Part shown: positions 1 through 13,970 of the stretch, one piece after another
How positions within the stretch are numbered: position 1 is the stretch's first letter
Layout: each line of letters begins with the position of its first letter
Assembly (NCBI RefSeq): GCF_006345805.1
Contig: NC_043004.1
Span: forward strand, 100,998,001-101,062,000
Origin: Octopus sinensis
Taxonomy: Eukaryota
Length of the DNA stretch: 64,000 bases
Reading direction: 5' to 3'
Notes under the pieces: model-generated
What the model was told of the DNA's origin: nothing
The model's database searches: none
What the model saw: the letters and a program-made list of their open reading frames with translations, nothing else
Position numbers and translations under genes: made by a program

Positions 1-869
1 GGGGGGATTTTGCTGGGGTTTTTTTCCCTTTTTGTTCTGAATAAGTTTGCTTTTTTTTTACTATTAATGGTGAGAAACTATGGATATATTTTCTCGGTAA
101 ACTTTCCTTGCGATGAACTTTCCTCGCGATGAATTGATGGCGGTGAGCTTACCCTGTGGTAAATTGATGGCGGTGAACTTAGCTGTTATCCTCTTACTTG
201 TAGTGCCTCCTTTCTATTTCTCTCCCCGCTTTCCCGAATCTGTTCATTGGTCCTGTTTCCACTTCAACATTAGCATTTTCCTCTCAAATACCAACACACA
301 AATCTGACGCTTCCAACCCACTTTCATCATTAGGATTACTTCCCATTATGTCTTTACCAAATTCTAGAATATACTCCAGTATTTTCTTTCTGATACAATT
401 TCCGTCAGGTATACAGATCGCCCTCTCTCCGATAGCTCCGAAATCTTCGAGCTGCTTCTCAAATACATCTAACGTAACAATGAGTCGCTTATCTCTCGAT
501 ATTTCGACCTCTACACTCAACACTCCTTGATCTTCGGCTTCGCCTTCAATAGTCAGTGTTTCACTTCCCGTTTCCAGAGGAAACAAATGTTCATCTTCTA
601 ACTCAAAATTTATAGGACGAATGATTTTAATATGTTATCTCAACTCCACTCCCCTGCCTACTCCAGAATTACTCACTTGTATCTCTCTGCTCTCCTCTCT
701 TGCACTCACCCACGTAGTCCGACCCTCGTCCCTATCCACCATACCACACGCTATTCCTCACCTTTATTACCATACCTTCTACTACTCCCACATCTACACA
801 CACACTTCACGTACACTCATCTTCTGCATTCACAACTCCATTCTACTATTCCTATCCTCCACATTTTGA

Positions 870-1328
870 CACATCCTTTCACTCTTATATGTAAATATAC
901 ACACTCTTTCGCACACACATACACCACACATTCACACAAGTACACACCTACACACACACGCTCAAACACATATACACATATACCCATACACACTCACACA
1001 CACACACACACTAACACACACTCACTCACACAAACTCACTCACACACACTCACTCACACACGCACCACACATTCACACACATACACACTTACACACACAC
1101 TCACGCTCACACACACATACACACATACCCACACACACTCACACACACTCACTCACACACACACACTCACACACATACACACTTTGGCAGTACTTGCTTT
1201 CTTTCGCATCTTCGAATTACCCATATTTCTCTCTTTAAAACCAAGCCTTTCTCACGTTTCCTCTTATTCTCCTTCTCTATATGTGTAGATAGATAGATAG
1301 ACAGATAGACAGACATACAGACAGACAG

Positions 1329-1386
<58 letters not shown>

Positions 1387-1387
1387 C

Positions 1388-1455
<68 letters not shown>

Positions 1456-1671
1456 CATGCATACATACACACTCATACATACATATATATAAATATTCAT
1501 GTGTAATATATATATATATGTATATATATATGTGTGTTATATATAATATATATATGCATGTGTGTATTATGTATATATACATATGTATATATATATATCT
1601 ATAATATATATATAATATATATATATATATATCTGTGTGGATGAATGTGTACATGCACATGCTTATATACA

Positions 1672-1702
<31 letters not shown>

Positions 1703-1770
1703 GTATATATATACATATACATATGTATGTATATATATACACTTATTTGTGACAGATATAAGATATATAT
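870..1770. repeat. compound microsatellite block (CA)n, (GATA/GACA)n, (TA)n, (CATA)n
   Basis: Directly visible simple repeats; they explain the H/T- and YLSI-rich ORFs. Confidence 0.97.
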
Positions 1771-2339
1771 GAAGACGAGTTCTTTTCATGTAACTCATTC
1801 ACTGAGTTGTATTTTTTTTATTTCATAGTTATCTTAAATTTTCACATATGGTTTCAGCTTTACAGCTAAGATTTTTGGGACCTTGACCTCTAGAAATCAA
1901 ATGAGAGTGTTCTTGGAGTTATTAAGAAAACAGATCTTGTCTGTGTACATCTGTGATTGGATTGTCTTATTGAACTTGGCATCGTCTCAGTAGAAAAACC
2001 ATAGGCTTTCAAGATGAACCTGTGGGAAATTGATGCAATAGTTCCAATCAATATATTGTGTATTCGCGCTCATGTACACACGTATGCATGCGCGTGTGTA
2101 GGAAAGAGAGAATGTGTGTTTGTGTGTGTGAGTATGTGTATGTGTGTGCGAATGCTCGCACGAGTAAGTGATGTTTCTCTATGTATCTATGCACTTTTAT
2201 GTGTAAACACTTATGCATGTATGTCATTAACACTGCATTAACATTTTGGTTTTCTGGCATAAATCGATTTGTGTGTCCGTCTGTCTGTGCCGGTATGTTT
2301 ATGCGTGTAATTATGTATGCTTATGTATATGGATGGTTG

Positions 2340-2822
<483 letters not shown>

Positions 2823-2880
2823 TACATAGGCATACATATACAGACACAGATATGTATGTTTGTATTTATGTATGCATTTA

Positions 2881-4047
2881 CGAGGGAGTCCTGAAAAGTT
2901 CTTGACTTTAAGGGTATCGCGAAAAGCTTGGTTGGAGGCCCAACTTCCCGAGTTCTTTTACAGGGTTTAGAAGAACTGAAGGGCCACTGCAATAAGTACG
3001 TAAACTATAGCCTCGGGCCGACCAAAGCCTTGTGAGTGGATTTGGTAGACGGAAACTGAAGGAAGCTCGTTGTATATATGTACATATATATATATATATG
3101 TATATATGTATGTGTGTGTATATGTTTGTGTGTCTGTGTTTGTCCCCCCAACATCGCTTGACAATCGATGCTGGTGTGTATACATCTCTGTAACTTAGTG
3201 ATTCGGCAAAAGAGACTAGGCTTACAAAGAATAAGTCCTGGGGTCGATTTGCTCGACTAAAGTTGGTGCTCCAGTATGGCCACAATCAAATGACTGAAAC
3301 AAGTAAAATACCATTTTCCACATCTACATCTTGGTCGTTGAGGCAACCCATACTATCGACACTAATATTGTCTTGAAATGCTATTGTTACTACTCACCCA
3401 TTAAGCAAGCCTTCCGTGACCACACCTGCTGCTATGCTTAAACTACTATACCACAGACAGGAAATTGACAGTTACCACCAAAAACACATTTACTCTGTCC
3501 AACATTCCCAACACCGCTACTGCTATCACAACTACCATCACCGCTACTATCAACAACAACAACACAATAGCAAATGTATTTGAAATTAAAGACCATCGTT
3601 GTATGTATTCTTCTGCCAAGAAATTCGAAGAGAAAAAAATAAAGAAGAATTCTCCGAAACTGAACCAATACGCAAAAAATGGCAGTGCACCATAATTGCA
3701 TCAGGTACGTATGGGGCTTCGAATAACCTTATTATGCATTTGCGTAATTTCCGCTGCATCGGTATTCCGTTCAGTCTGCTTTAGTACAATTGTAGGTCAA
3801 ACGGCTACAAAAATATTTCATTTCCTTCTTGCTTTCTTTCTTATCTTTTTGGCTTATTTTTCTCTAATATTTTACGAATGTAGCGTTCGACTTTCCACAT
3901 CGTTATGAGCCTAAGCCGTATCGATGACGTTGTTCCACTGCATAGGTGCGTGAACCTGAGGGGAGAATATGTTCAATAAAATCATAATTAACTGATCCTC
4001 TTGTACTTTCTTTTACCCAAAGTCTGGAACTTTTCAGCACCCCCTCA
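2881..4047 (+). mobile_element. mariner-derived MITE split by a ~930-bp insertion
   Basis: Left TIR (TA)CGAGGGAGTCCTGAAAAGTTC at 2881 and right TIR GGAACTTTTCAGCACCCCCTC ending ~4047; the two halves join to match the intact copy at 52700-52909. Confidence 0.85.
3004..3308 (+). mobile_element. SINE family A (tRNA-derived), 5'-truncated
   Basis: Reverse complement of the full copies at 6702 and 52262; central (TA/TG)n and 3' end GACTGAAACAAGTAAAA. Confidence 0.9.
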
Positions 4048-4923
4048 CATGTATGTATGTATCATACGTGCACGCATGTAAACCTGTCCTCCTACATTTC
4101 GTAATCTACACAGAGCACATTACATTGCTTCTCTTCGGTCCGCCCGGCGAGCAAGAGTGACTCTTACACCTACACAACTTAGTGTTTAGTGGTAAATAGA
4201 CTGATCTATTCGAGAGTACTGCAATGATTCTGTAGTCACTTAGCCGAGCTTCACCGATCATTATACATGATTCCACCCGCCTGGATGGAATTCAATTCCC
4301 AGCGGAATAAATGAAACCAAAACGAGTAATCTAGATAATCTAGGTGGGATGTAATATCGCAGATCCAGGAGGGGCTACATTTCCTGTCAATGTTGTTGTT
4401 GCCCTCTGTCTTACGAGATATTGCTTTCGCTGGTTTGATGTCCGCTTCTCTTCCAAGCTTCTGTTTAAGTTGGCCAATCCAGTTTCCTTTGGGTCACATG
4501 AGACAGTTGTATTCTCAGAGTACCTGCGCAGTAGCTCTCCTTCAGCTGCATGTTGTTACTCTCACTTTTGAGCATGCATGAAATGTGCTCATTTCTTTCT
4601 TTACTGTTCAACTGTGCTGTCTGAGTGACTGAAAGGCTCTTATGCTTCTTCTGTTATCACTCTTTCTCACATTGGTGTTGCTATTAATGTGGAAGTTGCT
4701 ATTGGTGTTGTTATTAATGTGGAAGTTGCCAGTAGTGGCCAGTACCTTTCTGGTTTTAATGTGCAGGCTGCGTATCTCATCGAATGTTCAGTACAATTTA
4801 CCAAATGTTGGTACTAGCACTGGTACCGCAAAAGCATTGAGATATGGTCTTCTTAAATACTGACATCTCGGTACGTACAACAATGGCGTAGGAAATTTTA
4901 TTCCTACACTGTCGACCTTAAAA

Positions 4924-5348
4924 TTTTACTTGTTTCAGTCATTTGACTGCGGCCATACTGGGGCACCGCCTTTAATCGACCCCAGGACGTATTCTTTGTA
5001 AGCCCAGTACTTATTCTTTCGGTCTCTTAAGCCGAACCGCTTAGTTACTGGGACGTAAACGCACCAGCATCGGTTATGAAGCGATGTTGGGGACAAATAC
5101 AGACACACACATACACACACACACACGCACACACACACACACATACACACACATGCATATATATATATATATATATATATATACGACGAGCTTCTCTCGG
5201 TTTCTGTTTACCAAATCCACTCACAAGGCTTTGGTCGGCCCGGGGCTATAGTAGAAGACACTTGCCCAAGGTGCCACGCAGTGGGACTGAACCCGGGACC
5301 ATGTGGTTGGTAAACAAGCTACTTACCACACAGCCATTCCTTCGCCTT
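4924..5348 (-). mobile_element. SINE family A, full length
   Basis: Minus strand reads as a tRNA-like head (A box TGGCTGTGTGG, B box GGTTCAGTCCC), body, internal microsatellite and 3' tail. Confidence 0.92.
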
Positions 5349-5399
5349 AGGTTATTTTATTCAAAGTTCGTATTAATGAAGGTGCCATATTTTACACGT

Positions 5400-5430
<31 letters not shown>

Positions 5431-6129
5431 TACCTGAAATAACAGAAGTGCGGAATAAGGTATATGGGATTTTGTTCGTGAAACAATTCAGCAATTGATC
5501 TGTTGTTTCGTAGCGTTTCGGATGAAGTAAAAAGGATTCCTTCATATAATAGTCTCTACCAACTTTAAAAATTGAGCCCTTCCTAACCACAACAAACGCC
5601 ATTTATTTCTATATAATTGGGGAGATGTACCCTATTTGGATATTTAACTAATTGACAGAAGCTTTCTACTCCGGACGGCATTTCCACTCTCGATGTCTAT
5701 TAGAGCTTCACGGATGTTTACGTCATGACATTCCCCTCCAATAACACACCCGACCTGGGTTCTAATTATACAGAAACTAAAATAAGTTATCTTGTCGTCG
5801 TCCTAATTTTTGTCAGTCTGGCTTTATCATTCACTCCCACCCGATCGGAGATAATTGATTCATTACTCCAACCACTCTCCACCTATTTACAGACTAGTAA
5901 TTATGTTTATCCCTTCATTACAGATAAAAATGAGCAACTAATTGTTGAAATAGGAAACTACACCCTTGCCTACACGATACTACTTATAAAAGGATAGTAA
6001 TTATAAAAAAAAGGGAGGATAACTGGCAATATAAACAGTCAACGATGAGAAGTCATTTCCGATGAGAAGTCATCATGTATTAAAATAATAATTACTGTAC
6101 CTATTATTTTTATAACTAATATTGTTACT

Positions 6130-6133
6130 GCTA

Positions 6134-6203
<70 letters not shown>

Positions 6204-6610
6204 GAGTGAAAGAGCAGTGCATGCCATCAAAGTGACAATGGGGTAAAATATACAAAGCCCAGTATACCCATCATAACTACCCGTCTGATAAGGGTACACT
6301 AAGCACATGCATCACACCCATATGTGCGCGACAAGGTGATCTCATATCAAGATAAACAGCATATGACCTTGCAGGTGGGGGCCCAGTTAGAATTTTCTTC
6401 TGATCGAGTAACCCATCCGCCCAAAAGGTCCCTGAATAAGGGTTGTTTAAGGATGTTGAACGAAACACTCATGTTTCCAAAGGTGAATTATCCAAATTTC
6501 TAAGAATTCCTTTCAGCACACGGCTGTGATGCACGGCTGTGATGCTCCCCACTGCTTCTGCTCGTGATCCGAGATGCACATATCATCAGCCACTAAGGGA
6601 CATGCTCAAC
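6130..6610 (-). mobile_element. non-LTR retroposon 3' portion with (AAT)n tail
   Basis: Homologous to 56735-57105 in the opposite orientation; both end in an AAT-repeat tail (seen as (ATT)n at 6130-6203). Confidence 0.75.
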
Positions 6611-6701
6611 TTCTTCTTCTTCTTAATACAAGAAGAAGAAGAAGAAAACTCTATTGCAAAACTTTCAAACCTGAGGTGGAAAATTCTTATATAGTCACAT
6701 G

Positions 6702-6952
6702 TACTCTTTTACTCTTTTACTTGTTTCAATCATTTGACTGTGGCCATGCTGGAGCACCGCCTTTAGTCGATATAATCGATCCCAGGACTCATTCTTTGTA
6801 AGCCTTGTACTTATTCTATCGGTCTCTTTGCCGAACCGCTAAGTTACGGGGACGTAAACACACCAGCATCAGTTGTAAAGCGATGTTGGGGGCACAAGTA
6901 CATACACACAAACATATATACACATACATACATACATACATACATACATACA

Positions 6953-6983
<31 letters not shown>

Positions 6984-7157
6984 GCATATATACGACGGGC
7001 TTCTTTCAGTTTCCGTCTACCAAATCCACTCACAAGGCTTTGGTCGGCCCGAGGCTATAGTAGAACAAACTTGCCCAAGGTACAACGCAGTGGGACTGAA
7101 CCCGGAACCATGTGGCTGATTAGCAAGCTACTTCCAACACAGCCACTCCTACGCCTA
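6702..7157 (-). mobile_element. SINE family A, full length
   Basis: Same consensus as 52262-52676; (AAAAGAGT)n tail. Confidence 0.93.
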
Positions 7158-7384
7158 TGGTAGCATATATATGACACATCTTCTCCAAAAGCTATTGGAG
7201 TTTCAGAGAAGAATTCCTTAAAACTTGCCTTTCGTGGTCTTACGAAGAGAATGCAGCTACATATTCTAGAAAGTAATTAAATTATAATAACACCAATAAA
7301 ATAATCACTAGACAATATAATATAATCAATGTAACAAATAATGTCAAGATATATTGTTTCCAAATTTTCCCATAAATTTGAGGT

Positions 7385-7530
7385 GCTTAAATCGATTAGA
7401 TTAACCCCAGTATAGACAGGTACTTTACTTTATCGACTCCGGTAGGATGAAAAGCAAGGTTAAACTCGGTGTGATTTGAACTCAGGGTTCAAAGAGCAGG
7501 AGGTAATGCCGCTAAGTATTTTGTCCAACA
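7385..7530 (-). mobile_element. SINE family D, degraded fragment
   Basis: Reverse complement of CTGAGTTCAAAT..GCCTTTCATCC..GTCGATAAA..AGTACC. Confidence 0.7.
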
Positions 7531-7639
7531 AAAAATACTTGAACATTTTGTATAGCCACAAACAGAATGTTTGAATTAAAACAACGTCTAGACAATCTTT
7601 TGTTTTTAATTTTCTATTTTCACAATTGAGACGCCTACC

Positions 7640-10600
7640 ATGCAATCGTGACCTAATAAAATGCCTTTGATTAACAAATTTATTCAGGTCGAAAGGATCT
7701 CTAACCCTACTGACAGTAACATACATTTGACCATATGGGAACACTAGAGAAGAGAGATAAATGCTACATTTTGATAAGTTTTGCCTTTGACTTTTGTATA
7801 TTAACATTGCAAATGCGAATTTGATAGGGAATTGAATAGTTGTCTTAAATTAAATGGCAAATCTGTATTAGATGGTTACAGATTGTTACCAGGAAACGAG
7901 TATTTAGTGAAGTACGTCCCGTGTCAACAGTCATTTAACTTGCATTTATCAGTGTCAGTTACAGACAGAACTTTATAACAAGTACAGTTACAATGAGTTT
8001 TTCAGTGGTCAGGATTTCTGAAGATCATTCACGAAGCTCAAATTTATATTTTGATGCAATGAGATTGATGTTAAGAGAATAAAGAAATTCTAGTAGATTT
8101 AAAACTACATGGTAAGAATCAGCAATAGAAGCGTGAGTCTAATAGTTTTTCAATGTCTTCATATTATCATTTGGCAGAATCGTTACCATGCTGGGTAAAA
8201 TGCTTAGCGGCATTTCGTCCGTCCTTACGTTCTGCGTTCAAATTCTGCCGAGGTCGACTTTTCTTTTCATACTTTTGGGGTCGATAAATTAAGTACCAGT
8301 TGAGTACTGGAGGGTCGATGTAATCGACTTAACCCTTTCCCCTAAATTTCAAGCTAAATAATTGTTTATCACATCTCCCAGCATTTGATGCGGTACTGCG
8401 AAAAGATGGCAGTAGCACATAAATGCTATATACCAGCAATCCCGTCAATGTCACGAAGTAGGCGAATTTTGGTATTAAGTGAAAATACCTAGCAATTTGC
8501 GTTTCAATTTGTAGGGATGGGAAGAAGCTTGAAACTTCAGTGTGCTGTGCGGCCCAAATTCAGCAGTATTATGACGATACCAGCTGATGCCGTAGAAAGA
8601 GCCATATGGTTATTTTTACCTACATATGACAATAATAATTGAGTAAAAAATATTTTAGCCGAATGCCTGGCGTGTCAATGAATATTAATTCAATTTTATC
8701 GATACCGATTTTTGTTTCAATGATTTCAAATCTAACTTTTTCTTTTCTTTTCTTTTTTTGGGCATCATGTAACCATTTGATATTCTCACAGTAAAAATTT
8801 TCAACCGTAGGATCAGTTTTATTTTTATAAACTCTGACATTATCATTTGTAAGACTTTCGATCAAACTGTGTACGTTGATTGTGCGATGCACATAAAGCC
8901 ATTCACTGGATATTACAAAGCTCATATTGGATTTTCTTGTCTTCTTTCATACATGTAATCTTTAAAACGTGCTCTACAACTCTAATGTTCTTCAAGGAGA
9001 GCAAAACTGTTGTATATTGGCAACTATCTAAACATATCACCAGAATGCGTCTATCGGTATTCAGTCAGGCATTTCTCCTATTCTGGAACATGTTTTGTCT
9101 TGTTTTTTTTTAATCATCATCTTGCATGCGTACTTAAAATTTTTGCCGTGTTGTTAGCACTGAGAAAATCATTGAAACTTGCAGCATCTGCCTCGTACTG
9201 AAGCTACACGGTAAGAATGAAACAGCTGCCTTCTATTATGTCTTACGTTACTGTATATAGTAACGTAAAGATATGCTGTATAATGTGAAAGATACAGTGT
9301 ATAGGTAGCTTCTCAGATCTCAGTAGCTTCTCAGATCCCTTTACATCTTACTCTTCTCTGCCATGATTTACCTCCATTATGCCAAGTGTAATATTGCAGA
9401 AAATTACCATAAAGAATTTCTCTTGCCTGGGGATTATCTTCATTTTTCTTAAATTGTTGATTACGTTCGAGCGCCTCTTGTGTATGATTTGGATCAAAAG
9501 TAATTATTCGTTAACTGTGCATGTGCATTGGCAAACATTCAACTACGGGATGTCTTTGTTTAATTGGAAATAGAAACAAATCTCCAACAAGCCTCAAAGG
9601 CTCTAAATATATCGGTAGTTTTCAAAATTTATTATTTCATCAGATTGATTTTCAGTACCAACGCCAAAACGTGCTAAGATCTGTTTCTCTCTGCAGTGAA
9701 ATTATTATAAAATGTGATCAACACCTTTGAAAATATACACGTAAAAATATTCTGCTACCTTAATTGGGGAAGACTTCTCAACATGAATATGTGCTTCGTA
9801 CCTTTGTATTGACTATAGATTATTTGGAACAACACAATGTTTGCCAACACCCTATTTCAAATGCATGTTGAAGCAGTATGACTCCCTTTTCTCTCCAAGA
9901 CTTCGGTTACGGTACTGTGGATATAAATAATTTCTAATTAATATTTGTAGCCTATGCTCTCTTGGACATTTTTTATTACACTGACCATCCAACATAGCGG
10001 GAGAGTTTATATTATCCCCCCCCCCATGGACCATATATTCAAACTGTAGAGACGTGATACGTGTAGATTCTTTGAATATGGCTGTTCAGAGCAAACAACT
10101 TTATCTTTTGTCATGTATTGGATTTATTTTCTATTATGAAACAAAAAAATATGGCAAGCAAGCATTGCTTATTTTAAAAATTTCTATGACGCTCTCATAA
10201 GCAATAATCTTTTCAAGGACGTTGGATTTGATAACGAAGAATTGGATAAAGCTTTCAGATTAGAGTAGACTTTAAGAAATTTTAAGAAACAAGATTCTTT
10301 TTTTTTTCTTCTTTCATTGAGATTAGTCTATAGAATATAATGGAAAGAACTGATCACAAATGTCAATTTGATACATTCTAAAAGGCATCAGAATGATAAA
10401 TATTTCAAATGTAGCGTTAAGTAAAGAGAGATAAGCCAAAAAAATGTTTTGCTTCACATTTACCAAACCCATCACGGTAAGCCAAAAAGGTGGCATTGTA
10501 TGCGTAAATATCCTAATAATTAATAATGTGTCTGCCGAAACTGTATGAGACTCTTTCAAACGAGGAAAATTGCAATTTTTAATGGAAGAAGTTCAGAGAA
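7640..10600 (-). pseudogene. decayed Helitron RepHel (HUH replication initiator plus Pif1-family helicase)
   Basis: Colinear degenerate motifs on the minus strand: KIIAYESVIE...LP (Rep VIEFQKRGLPH region, ~10150-10230); MVHGGGDNINSPAMLDGQCNKKCP..YPQYRNR (~9900-10034); YFYVYIFKGVD (Y2 motif, ~9720-9760); RYI..EACWR (~9580-9615); AASFND..FKYAC (~9120-9190); FIDTPG (Walker A region, ~8670); ALSTASAGI..GRTAH (~8540-8605); DLPF..QFPIKFAFAM..KSQRQ..VFPYGQMYVTVSRV (Pif1 motifs V-VI, 7700-7870). Many stops and frameshifts. Confidence 0.9.
8170..8352 (+). mobile_element. SINE family D nested in the Helitron helicase
   Basis: TGGCAGAATCGTTA..AAATGCTTAGCGG..GTTCAAATT..GAGGTCGACTT..GGGGTCGATAAATTAAGTACCAG. 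Confidence 0.88.
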
Positions 10601-11714
10601 AGAATAACACAAAATATAAGGAGTTACGCATCTTGGAAGTATATGTAATTTTACAATAAATTACGATTATTAATGCTAATACAGAACTGAACTGGGCTTT
10701 GGAAATTTATTGTTCATTTAGATTCCCAACACTTTAATGTTTACAAACTTGAATTCTTTCACTTTTCTATGGTGATTCTATATTATTCCATAAGTCAAAA
10801 ATGTCTCCTGGAAATTTGGTATTGAAATAAATGAAACATTTGTCAGACATCATAACTAATTTATTAGAGGCTGAAAGGCGAAATGAAAAGGGTAGCTGCT
10901 ATGACATCCCCTATTAAAGTTCCCTAGCATGGAATATTACTGATGTATCATAATAAAAGTAATAATAAAAATCATCTGTAAGATAGGAAAAGGTTGCGAA
11001 TTTTGGGGAAGAATATATTTGGTTGTATCGATCAAGGTATTTGATTGGAACTTATTTTATCAACCATAGAAAGCTGACAAAAGAATTAGTCTTATTTTGG
11101 ATACCGAGCTCGAACCTTACCAATGTCAACTCTGCCCCTTATCCCTCCTGGGTCGATAAAATAGAATGACAGTGTACTATAGAGCTGCTGATATCAATCA
11201 ACTAAGCCCCTTACTTAAAACTAATGAATTTGTGTCTAAATCAGAAACCAGTAATATTATAATTATTAATTAAAGTTGCGATGTTTTTCATAGCTGTGGC
11301 TAAATGTACGCTGGAAGTTCTGTGAGTGTTTTCTAGCTTTCCTTTCGAGAGAGATGCACTTGTTGAATTTGTTGTTATTAAGCCAACCAGAACCGAGAGA
11401 GACTGGTCGACACCGTGATTTCTTTGGGGGTTTTGGGGTTTTTTGCTCGTCCTACGGGTCAACATTTTTTTAAAAAAAAAAGATTTTTTTAAAATCAAGG
11501 TAGACTATGCAAAATGGCTCTCCCACTTTCGTCCTTGCAGGCTTGGTAGCAAAAGAGAAAAGTGTAATTAACACTGAAGGTGAAACTATTGTTCGGGGTC
11601 AACGCCTCCCACCATACAACACTACGGTGGTTGGAGTATCCAACAACAGCAGAAGACGCATTACTAGCCATGACAACATCAACAGTGACAACAACAGTAG
11701 CACAGAGCAACAAC

Positions 11715-11810
11715 AACAGCAGCAACAGTGGTAACAGCAGCAACAGTGGTAACAGCAGCCACAGTGGTAACAGCAGCAACAGTGGTAACAGCAGCCACAG
11801 TGGTAACAGC
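11715..11810. repeat. 18-bp minisatellite AACAGCAGC(A/C)ACAGTGGT x5
   Basis: Units start at 11715, 11733, 11751, 11769 and 11787, within a CAA/CAG-rich tract. Confidence 0.95.
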
Positions 11811-12640
11811 TACAAGATATCAAACAAAGAAACAGCTGCCGCAAAATCACCGCCGTCTGCCACAAAATCATCAGCGAGAGAGAAAAATTCACAGCTACCA
11901 CCCTTGTAACAACAAGCAATAGCTGTAACAATGCAATCGCTGTCGCCACATCAATATTAAGCAATCATATTAACAAGAAAGGTAACAACGGTAGTAGGAG
12001 AAGCACGTAATTTGCTGGTGTTGCAAAAAAATTGTTGATTTAGTCCCACTAGATAAACAAAACATCAATATCTTGAAAAAGTAGAAAAGCACATCAATAG
12101 ACTAGCAAAAAGTTGTACTCACAATACGTCGGCAGATCCTAAACGAACAGGCAAAAGGAAACAATGTTCTAGAAAGATATAGAACTGAAGAGATACAGAC
12201 TTAAGCGATTATCTTCAGAGCAATCTGGACTCTGTTTGAAAAACATCTTGGGAGAAAGATATCATGATACGGGCCAACTAGTTTAGTTCTATGCAATAGA
12301 TTAGTGTAGTCCGGAGAACGGGCTTTCTCAGAGTATGCACTTTTAGATTGGAGCTGAGAGAGAGAGAAATTTAATTCTTTGTTAGCCACTAGAGCCAAGA
12401 GAGAGAAATTATCTAAATGATCAGGGTAACCATAGATTTTGCGAGATTTCCGCGAATAGCACTCGGAAGTCTTCTCGCTTTAGCGGAATTTTCTTTGTTA
12501 AACTTTTATGCTTATCATATTTGCTCTTGTTTACATTGTTTTAATGACAAACCCCTTCTAATTCTGTAACCTTGTCCTTGTTTTCTTTTCTGTGGGAAGC
12601 GCTGGTAGCTAATAAAGAAATCATCGTTACTGTTGTTTCT

Positions 12641-12760
12641 AAGGTGACGAGTTAGCAGACTCGTTAGCACACCAAGCAAAATGCTTCGCGGCATTTCGTT
12701 CCTCTTTACGTTCCGAGTTCAAATTCCGCCGAACTCACTTTACCTTTCTTCCTTTCTTCC
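12641..12760 (+). mobile_element. SINE family D, 5' half
   Basis: AAGGTGACGAGTTAGCAGACTCGTTAGCAC..GAGTTCAAATTCCGCCG. Confidence 0.75.
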
Positions 12761-12821
12761 TACCGGTAATCGAAAAGCGCCTACCTGAAAATTTCAGGCC
12801 TTCTGCCAATACCTGAAAGGG

Positions 12822-12856
<35 letters not shown>

Positions 12857-13014
12857 ACTAGTGTCAGGAGCAGCAGCAGCAGTAGTAGTAGTTGTAGTAG
12901 TAGTGGTAGTAGTAGTAGTTGCAGCAGCGGCAGTGGTTGTAGCATTAGCAGAAACAACAGAAGAAGAAAAAGATCAACAACTCGTGCAAAAGTGTATGTG
13001 TATGTATGTGTGCA

Positions 13015-13051
<37 letters not shown>

Positions 13052-13584
13052 ACGTGTATGTATGTTTTCAGTTCAATTGAAAACTATTGCGATCGAAATA
13101 TATAAAAAAAAAAAAAACGTAGTAATCATTTGAAAGTTTCAAGTTCTAATGCAGGAACCAATTAAATTGCTTGTATTTTGTGTAAGAAGGATTGGTATTG
13201 TTGACAAAACGAGAGAGAATAAAAAGTGAGCGATTGCTCTATCGAACTAATGCACATGGTTTTTTTTCTTTCTATTCTCCTTCATCGTGTGTACACTTAG
13301 TTCTAAATATTTAAAAGCTTGTTTATAATCTTTGTATGATTTAATTTCGTTCGTGAAAACGCTAAGCATTACCAACAGCTAAACGATAGTGAAATATCAC
13401 AACTTCGAGGAAGTGTGATAATGGGTTTAATATTTTATGATATAACAAGAAGGGTAGTGAAGTGCCGGATTAAATGATTTCATACATTTAATAACTCCTC
13501 TACATTGTTCCCGTGTATTAATTCTCCGTGGTTGACTTCGAATTTACTTCTTATGGGATTATAAAATAAGTACGAGCATATCCG

Positions 13585-13970
13585 GTGGAGGCGCAATGGC
13601 CCAGTGGTTAGGGCAGCGGACTCGCGGTCGTAGGATCGCGGTTTCGATTCCCAGACCGGGCGTTGTGAGTGTTTATTGAGCGAAAACACCTAAAGCTCCA
13701 CGAGGCTCCGGCAGGGGATGGTGGTGATCCCTGCTGTACTCTTTCACCACAACTTTCTCTCACTCTTTCTTCCTGTTTCTGTTGTACCTGTATTTCAAAG
13801 GGCCGGCCTTGTCACTCTCTGTGTCACGCTGAATATCCCCGAGAACTACGTTAAGGGTACACGTGTCTGTGGAGTGCTCAGCCACTTACACGTTAATTTC
13901 ACGAGCAGGCTGTTCCGTTGATCGGATCAACCGGAACCCTCGTCGTCGTAACCGACGGAGTGCATCCCAG
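13585..13970 (+). mobile_element. SINE family B (tRNA-Arg-like head), young full-length copy
   Basis: Head GGCGCAATGGCCCAGTGGTTAGGGCAGCGGACTCGCGGTC..TTCGATTCCC; perfect 13-bp TSD ACGAGCATATCCG at 13572-13584 and 13971-13983; near-identical to 30737-31125. Confidence 0.95.

Noticed and set aside
200-620. 100-aa minus-strand ORF (284-586) with protein-like composition
   Set aside because: No recognisable domain or splice sites; most likely a decayed LINE ORF1 remnant, but I cannot support a call.
4100-4900. LTR-retrotransposon gag or primer-binding-site remnant with a 30-bp tandem duplication (4671-4729)
   Set aside because: No LTR pair, zinc knuckle or convincing tRNA complementarity.
11495-11964. 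Ser/Asn/Gly-repeat and Cys-rich ORFs
   Set aside because: Explained by an 18-bp minisatellite and CAA/CAG repeats; overlapping ORFs in four frames.
13020-13235. Promoter and first exon: (GA)n, Inr-like TCAGTT at ~13068, donor-like AA|GTGAGC at ~13226
   Set aside because: Short motifs expected by chance in this much sequence; no independent support.
13585-13665. tRNA-Arg gene
   Set aside because: It is the head of a TSD-flanked SINE; no proper acceptor stem or T-run terminator.
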